DNA of 64,000 bases from Octopus sinensis (Eukaryota). Positions within the stretch are counted from its first letter, which is position 1; each line of letters opens with the position of its first letter. The notes under the pieces were generated by a model, which saw only the letters and a list, made by a program, of their open reading frames with translations, was not told the origin of the DNA and made no database searches. The translations under genes and the position numbers were made by a program. The stretch is taken from positions 125,922,001-125,986,000 of the forward strand of contig NC_042997.1 of NCBI RefSeq assembly GCF_006345805.1, in the 5' to 3' direction. Shown one piece after another: positions 55,095 to 64,000 of this stretch.

Positions 55095-56253
55095 CATCAT
55101 CATCATCATCATCATCGTTTAACGTCCTCTTTCCGCGCTAACGCGGGTTGGACGGTTCGACTGGGGTCTGGGAAGCCAGGGGCCGCTCCAGGCTCCAGTC
55201 TGAATCTGGCAGAGTTTCTACGGCTGGATGCCCTTCCTAACGCCAACCACTCCGTGAGTGGATTGGGTGCTTTTTACGTGCCACCTGCACAGGGGCCGGA
55301 GGGTCCGGCATCGGTCACGATCGGTTCGAGCTTTTAACGTGTCAGCGGCACGGGGGCAACGAGGTCCGGGGTACTTTGGGGATCGGGGTACTTTGGGGAT
55401 CCAGGGTACTTTGGGGATCCGGGGTACTTAGAATGGGTAGGGGGTATGTGGAATTGCTGCAGAAAGCAGCCCGGGTCTTTGTAGTCACAGCATATCTCCA
55501 GAGATCTCGGTCCTTCGCCATTGCCTCAGTGAGGCCCAATGCTCTGAGGTCATGCTTGACTACCTCATCCCATATCTTCCTGGGTCTACCTCTCCCCCTG
55601 ATACCTTCAACTGTTTGGGAGTGGCACTTCTTCACACATCTCTCTTCATCCATCCGCAGCACATGACCATACCATCGCAAGCGTCGCTCTTGCACACCAC
55701 ATCTGATGCTTCTTATATCCAGCATTTCTCTCAGGATGCTTACACTCTGTCTTGCGTGCACACTGACACTACACATCCAGCGGATCATGCTAGCTTCATT
55801 TCTTTTAAGTCTACGCATGTCTTCTGCAGTCACAGCCCATGTTTCATTACCGTGAAGCATGGCAGTTCGCACACATGCATCATACAATCTACCTTTTGCT
55901 CTGAGGGAGAGACCTTTTGTTGCCAGTAGGGGTAGAAGCTTTCTGAACTTTGCCCAGGCTATTCGTATTCTAGTGGTGATACTCTCTGTGCATCCACCTC
56001 CGCTACTAACTTGGTCACCCAGGTAGCGGAAACTATCAACTACTTCTAGTTTCTCTCCCTGGAGTGTGATGGAATCTGTTTTCTGAGTGTCTGTTGTGTC
56101 TATTGTCCCTGTGCATCTGCCGCACATGAAAGCTATCTTATCTGTTAATTTCCCTTTAATGTTGCTGCACCTCTTATGTGTCCATAACTTACATTGGGTG
56201 CATCTTATGGAGTTTCTACCTGTACCTTTCCTACAGGTTGAGCAGGGCCACCT
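55095..56253 (-). mobile_element. 5'-truncated RTE-clade LINE: PHD finger, ORF C-terminus, 3' UTR and (GAT)n tail
   Basis: In-frame WPCSTCRKG...CTQCKLWTHKRC...FMCGRC (C4HC3), then FRYLG, RRLRWYGHVLRM and EGIRGRGRPRKIW-V-DL. An 18-bp tandem repeat lies at about 55364-55428. Confidence 0.9.
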
Positions 56254-58746
56254 ACATATATAACACTGTTGCCAGTATTAGAGGTAACATTTTAATCCCC
56301 AATTAATCTCATAATACACACACACACACACACACAACTGATGTGGAATTAGGACAACAGTGTTTTCATGTGAAAATATTAATTAGGAAACACATTTTCT
56401 CTCATGGAACAACCTCATTTATTTTTCAACTATATACTTCACTCTGTGAAGTGGATGTCATTAAGTAACAACCATGCCAAAACAGACAGTGGAGCTAGAC
56501 ACGGACCTCTGGTTCACTAGCTCTTGTTAAACTGTCCAACCCATGCCAGCATGGAAGACATGTTGAATGATAATGATGACGACGACGACGATGGTGATGA
56601 TGATGATGATGATACCATTACACCAAACACCATTTAAACCAGGTGTACTTATGTCTCTTTCTTCCTGTAGTCATTACCCCCCTCCCCACTGTTCCCCTTT
56701 AGAAAAATATTCCATTGATCATTGAAGCTATGATTAAAGGTATTCCAGATATTCTGCCAATGTCCATCCAGTCTTTTTAAGGATTATGACAAGGTCTACA
56801 TTATCTATGTGTCATTTCCTAATTCAAGACACTGAGGGAGATTAGCTTGCTATTTCTATCAGGTATATCAATTATACGGTGTTTCCCTCTACAACATATT
56901 CTGGTTGTCTAACCACCGTTACTAACCATAACCTGAAACAACTGAGTAATATTGGTTTCCCCCTATATCCTACAGTCTAAAAAGGGACCATCAGACTGCT
57001 AACCTAAATTACTGACAAAACTGAGAAGTGAGGACATTCATACATTTCCTTAGTTTACTAATGCTACTCATATAGTTCACACTGGAAACTGAAATCAAGT
57101 AATGGATTTGAGGTACTAAACACCAAAACACTTCACTACAACACCTGTTACATGATCACTCAATCAGCTAGAAATAGCATCCAGATAATTCTCAAATCAT
57201 ATCCTTATTCTTACAAAAAGAGAAGGATACAGTAGACAATGTAGTTTTGGATGTATAAAAATAAGACAGTCAAAGATGGAAACTCATATGATCGCATATC
57301 TGCTAAAAACAAAGCTGATTGTGCTCAAAAACTCTATCACCATTAACCCTGAATTCAATACTGAGTGAAGTCATTGTCAACAACACAATGACTACAGCAG
57401 TATAAAGGGATAAAATATTCATAGTAGTAAGAAAGAATGCTATGGAAGGACTCAATGTCTATGCAGGAAGGGCAATAAATACAATAGTATGGAAGGACCC
57501 AAATGTCTACAACAGTATGGAAGGTCACAACATCTACAGCAGTGTTCAACAGTTTGAAGAATTAATCTGTTGGCTATTCCATGGCGGCAAGCTGGCAGAA
57601 ACGTTAGCATGCCAGGCGAAGTGCTTAGCAGTATTTCGTCTGTCTTTACGTTCTGAGTTCAAATTCCGTCAAGATTGACTTTGCCTTTCATCCTTTCAGG
57701 GTCGGTAAATTAAGTACCAGTTGCATACTGGGGGTCAATCTAATCGACTGGGCCCCCTCCCCAATAATTTCAGGCCTTGTACCTACAGTAGAAAAGAATC
57801 TGTTGGCTTTTCCACACAACAACAATTACAAAGATTTCTATCATTGGTACCAGACTGTAAATTTGAGGGAAGAAGTACTAGTGACAAACTAATCTCAGTA
57901 CTTGACTGTTATTTTCTTTTCTCAACCCTGAAAAGATGAAGCTTAATATTGAACCCACTTGGATTTGAAATCAAAATACTGGTTAAAAAGTACAGCAAGT
58001 TAGCGGGAGGGGTAAGTCGATTACATCAATCCCAGTGTTCAATTGCTACTTATTTTATTGAGCCCTGAAAGGTTGAAAGGCAAATTGGATCTTGTCAGAG
58101 TTTGAACTCAGAATGTGAAGATGAAAGAAATGCCACTAAGCATGCACCCGATATGCTAATGATTTTGCCAGCTCATTGCCTTTTGAAATCAAAATATTAA
58201 AGCAACATAACTAAATAATGCAAGGCACTTGATCGGTTAACCTGCTGTTTCTCCCATTCCATAACAATAATATCATGCAACAATATTATAAAATCTACAA
58301 GTACAAGAGAAACGAGCAATGCAAACAGAAGGAAAGGTAAAATATGGAAGTGGTCGGGAGGTAAGAGAGAGAATGGGAGAAAGGGAAGGATAAAGAAAGG
58401 TATGTAATGAGAAGAGAAATAAATTGAAGAAGTGACAAAAGAGGCAGGAAATCATCATAGAAGGTAAAACAAGAGGAAGTTAATTAAAACTGCTGTATTA
58501 TTAGTAAAAGAGCTTGGACAGAGAGAGGGATTAAAGTTAGCAAAATAGGATCTGATTAAAGTCAAACAGTAGAGATTAAAGTTAGCAAGAGAAAGAAAGA
58601 AAGAAAGGAGTTCATTTGAGGTCAAACAAGGATTCAAAACTAGCAGCATTTGAAGTCAGTAGTTTAGTTGTTTTGTTTTTTAATAAAATCTTTTAAACTC
58701 ACAAGAAGTCTTCATATCACCTAAAATAAGATAGTTACATAGTGAA

Positions 58747-58778
<32 letters not shown>

Positions 58779-60644
58779 AGCTTAAATGGAATAACACGTG
58801 AATAATAAATCACTATAAATACATATTTTATGCACCTTATCACTCATACTATTATAGCCCCTATCTCAATTTAATTACTAAAATTTGATTTAAAGGCTGT
58901 GCACTTTCAAGTGAATGGATTTATATAAGGAAATAGTGCCTAATTTTTGTCAAACTTTAGTTTGGTTTGAATAAATTCTACTGGCTTTTAAAATACTGGC
59001 AACATCGATGTGTATGAAAACCAGTATTATTTTTATACTAGTCAATCTATTAGCTGCTGGTAATAGCCACATATGTGTGTATAATTTCACATATATTTTT
59101 GCCAGACATCTAGATCCTTGTCCAGTAAAAGGATACATAGAATACGTATGTTTACTTTAAACTGTCTACTTTGATTTATTATCCACATGTCATTCCATTG
59201 AAACTATTTTCATTTATTTATATATTAGTACTCTGAAATTTTAATACTTTCTATTTCAATGAAATCATTGTAAATCTCTACCATGAAATATTTTCTTACA
59301 TCTATGATATATTCATTCCTATTGCTAATATTATAAATACATCATGATCAACTACCACCATCATTGTTTTTAAAGTCTATTTTCCTATTATTGCATAGGT
59401 CAGACAGAATTCATTGATGCAAATTTACTATGGCCAGGTGCCATTCCTATACTCAACCCTCATCTGTTTACAAGCAAGGTAGTATTTCCCCTTGCTTGGA
59501 AGACTGGAAATGAATGACATCACTTGTATAATGGTGATACTCATTTACAATTTATCACACAATAATACTTGTGTTGTACTGATTCTATTCAATAATCACA
59601 TCAAGACTACACATGTCTGTAGAATACTCGATTCCTTCAGATACTAATTCAATGAGTAGATTCTCCAGTTGATCAAAGAACTAGATGTTCATACATCAAA
59701 ATGAATGGTAAACCATAAACACACACACACATACATTTATATGCTACATTCCACATCAGGTATTAACTACATATTGCTTTCTTGCAATACCTTTCTTGTT
59801 CATGCTCTTGAATCATAAATACCTTTGGATTTCTTATTTTCCTAATTTAGAAAATACTTTGGTTCTCAAATGCAATATTACAACTAACTTACTTATTTAC
59901 TACATTATAAACTGTTTTGCTTTTTTTTTTCTTTTTTTAAATTCAGTCATAAAATTACTTTTCTATTTACTAGAAACAATGTAAGTTAGATATGTGTAAT
60001 TTAGTCAATAGTTTATATTTTCGAGTCCCCAAAACAGAACTTTTCCCTTCCTAACAAACGTTTTCATTGAAGACACCACAATCACTAGATTATACTGCTT
60101 AATCCATCATAATCTCCTTGAGCACTTTAACTGGATGCTGGGTTTTGTCTGTCATGTTAGTTAGACAAACTGCTTTCAGCCACTTGTATTTATAAATAAC
60201 TTACAATATTACAATACAGTGGCTTCTGAAGAAGAACGGAACCTAAATGTTATTGCTATACTATGTGAAAGTGAGTTCCAGCAGCAGTGAAGTTAGTAAG
60301 AACTAGAATAGTAAATAACTAATCATAGTAAATAGATATTAAAATGTTTTGAAAAAGCAAGGAGAGGATACAGTTGGTGTTATCCACCTGTTACCATGTT
60401 TAGAAAGCATATATAGCCAGAAACACAGCTTTTCTGTTACACTTTTATAAGCATAACATTTAGGAATAGTGTGCAAAAAAAAACATATAAACATAAGAGG
60501 ATTATTTATCTATTACTGACAAAATGATTTTCGGTAAGAGCAAAGCAGAAACAGATATTATAAGGCTCTAACTTGAGTTATAAAGATGGAACAACAGAGT
60601 TACAATATATACAGACAACACCGAGTGTGAAATGACAAGCTTAC

Positions 60645-60815
60645 CAGAATTTTGTGAGGAGTCATCAAATAGTGGACTTGGGGGAGAAGACATTTCACTG
60701 TCACTGCTAGCAGTAGGGGGACTGCGGGAAGGAGAACCTGTGATAGAGCCTGGTGGGGTCAGAACCATAGTAGGATCGCTCTTCAGTTGGGCTCCAGCCA
60801 AATTATCTTCCAAAT
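60645..60815 (-). CDS. SREBF: SREBP coding exon: Ser/Pro-rich linker following the bHLH-Zip domain
   Basis: Reads DLEDNLAGAQLKSDPTMVLTPPGSITGSPSRSPPTASSDSEMSSPPSPLFDDSSQNS. Acceptor ttctctatag, donor G|gtaagc. Phase 1 donor fits the next exon. An alternative acceptor at 60861 is possible. Confidence 0.8.
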
Positions 60816-61089
60816 CTATAGAGAATTGAGTGAATTGAAATTCATTCAGTTTTGACATCAACTAAAGGAACGGATTGATACCCCAAATTATAACAGCCTT
60901 CCACGGTAACATGTATATATAAATATATACATATCATTTAAATAATTTGGGAAAACGTATTTCCAAATCAATCAGGTACAACCCTTCAGCATTACATGCA
61001 TCAGCATATCGCACCTTGGGGTCTTATTTATCATATATTTATATATTTATCTAGAAATATACAAAGCATCTAATAAAAGTCAATAATAA

Positions 61090-61358
61090 TTCAGTTTTGG
61101 GTATTAATAGATATACGGGTATTCTATTTCAAATAATACAAAAAAGTTAACCTAATGAGAATATCTGAAAGTAAACTCATGGTATCCATTTGTACATCAT
61201 AAAATAATACTTAAAGGACATAACCATTATACCAGCAGGGTATATACTGTTCTTCCTTAATTATCTCCTACTTTAGTTGACACTAAATTAATTAAATATG
61301 AAGGAACTACACATATTTCAGTATTGGAAGATACAATATATATACATACACACTATAG

Positions 61359-61424
<66 letters not shown>

Positions 61425-62191
61425 CATATATGCAATCATCAGATTTATAATTATTCCAACACATCTTTAGGTTCTTTTTCAAAATATAATAAATCTAATT
61501 TTACATCCCTTTAAAAAAATAAGCAATAAAATTAAAAATTAAAATTAAAAATTAAAAATCAAAATTATACTTTGTAATATTAAGAATTAAAATCTATAAA
61601 TATAAATTAGTATATAAATCAACCTTGTAAAGTCAAGTATATAATGTCAAATACAAATTATACTTCAGAATAAAAATGTCTGTGTTTAAATGTGAAATAT
61701 AACAAGAAAAATTCAAATACATATCTTTGTTTTTTGCTGGTACCAGGATTAGTTTTCGAAATGGCGATTAAAGAAAATTTTTAATGCTTAATTTTATTGC
61801 TTATTTTTTAAAGGGATGTAAAATTAGATTTATAATATTTTGAAAAATAACCTGAAGATGTGTTGGAATAGTTATAAATCTGACGATTGCATATATGTAT
61901 TTATATATATATATATATATGAATACTATAGTGTGTATGTATATATATTGTAATCTTCCAATACTGAAATACGTGTAGTTCCTTCATATTTAATTAATTT
62001 AGTGTTAACTAAAGTAGGAGATAATTAAGGAAGTATAGTATATACCCTGCTGGTATAATGGTTATGTCCTTTAAGTATTATTTTGTGATGTGCAAATGGA
62101 TACCATGAGTTTACTTTCAGATATTCTCATTAGGTTAACTTTTTTGTATTATCTGAAATAGAATACCCGTATATCTATTAATCCCCAATAC

Positions 62192-62195
<4 letters not shown>
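61090..62195. repeat. Long inverted repeat (arms about 61090-61545 and 61780-62195)
   Basis: The arms are reverse complements including an internal (TA)n tract of unequal length. The spacer is AT-rich and about 235 bp. Confidence 0.85.
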
Positions 62196-62234
<39 letters not shown>

Positions 62235-62323
62235 CTAACATGATATTTAGTTTGGAAACTTACAATTTTATTTTTTTTAACTTAGAAATTAATTTATCAG
62301 CTTTATTAAGTCAGTTTACTTAA

Positions 62324-62543
62324 CCCTTTAGCATTCTGATTTTTCTGTCAAACATAATGCTTATTTATTCACACTGATGAAAAATTAGTCATGCATTACC
62401 TTGAAGTTTTGAGGTTTAAATGATGTGATTGTTTATTTTTAGAATAATACTGAAGGGTGGTATCAGAGGCCAGATCTGGCCAGTTTAAAGATAAAACATG
62501 TAGATTATTTTTGCTGAATATGGCTGGTTCAAATGCTAAAGGG
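62324..62543. mobile_element. piggyBac-type MITE
   Basis: TTAA at 62320-62323 and 62544-62547. TIR CCCTTTAGCATT / AATGCTAAAGGG. A decayed copy lies at about 35510-35700. Confidence 0.85.
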
Positions 62544-62798
62544 TTAATGATATACTTTTAGATAAATATAATCTGGTTTATTTTTCAACCATTTTATTTT
62601 TAGCTTACATTTCATTCTATGTTTAAAACACATTCACTTTTAATTGAAATTAAAATAAGTCAAATGTGTGGAACAAGAGAGAGCGAGAGAGAAAGGGAGA
62701 GAGAAAGAAAGGGAGAGCGAGAGAAAGAAAGACTACTGTAATAGTTAATAAACCTAAATTATATATATGAGATTTTTACCTATTTCATGATATATTTT

Positions 62799-63163
62799 AT
62801 TTACATTATTTAAATTTGACGGATATTTGTCCTCATCTTGTTTATTGTTAACACAACATTTCAAGTGATATACCCTCCAGCCTTCAGCAGGTGTCTTGGG
62901 GAAATTTCGAACCTGGGTTCTCATTCCTAAGGTATTATTATTCAGGTCACAGCCTGGCATCTCTTGAAAATATGACTGTTAAATACAGCTTATTGGTTTT
63001 TATAAAGAGTGGTGTATTTAAAAACAAAAATACCTTAGGAATGAGAACCCAGGTTCGAAATTTCCCCAAGACACCTGATGAAGGCTGGAGGGTATATCAG
63101 CCAAAATGTGCTAACAACAAACAAGATGAGGACAAATATCCATCAAATGTAAATAATGTACAT
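62799..63163. mobile_element. Head-to-head inverted pair of the hammerhead-bearing body
   Basis: Minus copy 62799-62960 ends in the tRNA 3' part. Plus copy 63026-63163. Both cores are degenerate (CTGCTGA; AAAAT in place of GAAAC). Confidence 0.75.
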
Positions 63164-63407
63164 ATATATATATATTTGAAAACATATTTGAAAAAAATAA
63201 ATAGAAATGGCTTTTCTGCTAATTTTTCCACTTTAATCATTAGATGTTTACAAGTTTGCTTATAAACATCTTGTAAACTTATAAACATCAAATTATTGAA
63301 GTGGAAAAATTATCAGAAAAGCCGTTTCTATTCATTTTTTCACAAATATATATTATACTGTACCAAAGATTTTCTATTTCTTATTCTACTCTATATCTAT
63401 CTATCTA

Positions 63408-63490
<83 letters not shown>

Positions 63491-64000
63491 ATTTAGCTAT
63501 TCAATACATTGGTTTATAGGTTTGGCATCTCTTGAAAACATGACTGTTAAATACAGCTTATTGGTTTTTATAAAGGGTGGTGTATTTTTTTAAAAAATTA
63601 ATTTATATATTGGTTTACAATATCGTAGTATAATCATAGCCAACTAACTAGAATCGGTCAAAGAGTAACATTTTTGGGGGCATTTTAGTTCTGAATAGTA
63701 ATTTGTTTATTAAGTAATATTAGTAACAACCAAATTATTAGAGGTCATTTTATTTGGATTGATCCCTAAGTATTACTGGTTGTGTGTGCATGCTAATTTA
63801 GAGTATTTCTGCAGTATAACCTTTCCTCTTTATTTAATGTTGGGAAAATACAGGTGGAACTTTGAAGTCATTATCAAGCTTTCCTTAATGAAAATAAATT
63901 AATTCTATTGAACATTTTTTACAATTAATGCTTGATTGTTTCTTTATGGATGATTTTACATAAAATACATACAGTTGAATGAATATAATTTTTTGAGAAA

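Noticed and set aside
57439-57545. Short tandem duplications (about 29-bp unit here; also 31850-31930, 13688-13866 and 52361-52570)
   Set aside because: These are ordinary local slippage duplications with no further structure.
60862-64000. SREBP bHLH-Zip exons
   Set aside because: No HN-IE-RYR-type motif was found, so these exons must lie beyond the window end.

Overview
This is AT-rich, microsatellite- and SINE-dense eukaryotic DNA. The repeat landscape points to a coleoid cephalopod, probably Octopus (inferred). The minus strand carries the 3' part of the SREBP (sterol regulatory element-binding protein) gene. I traced 13 coding exons from 60815 down to the stop at 19899. All introns are GT-AG with consistent phases, giving about 749 aa. 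They include DRSR, TM1 with NP, the RSLL site-1 protease motif, TM2 and the C-terminal regulatory domain. The bHLH-Zip exons lie beyond the window. The third-from-last intron holds a miR-33 hairpin (31261-31340, minus) with a variant mature sequence. The rest is mobile DNA: RTE LINE 3' ends (one with a PHD finger), several tRNA-derived SINE families, an R4/Dong-like fragment, Penelope-like fragments, a mariner derivative with two left ends, and piggyBac/hAT MITEs. The most unusual signal is a small composite element made of a tRNA-like head, an (AAT)n tract, a minimal hammerhead-ribozyme motif and an inverted terminal segment, flanked by TSDs at two of its three loci. There are also several unrelated hammerhead motifs and about ten fold-back inverted duplications. 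Most ORFs in the supplied track are spurious read-throughs of repeats.
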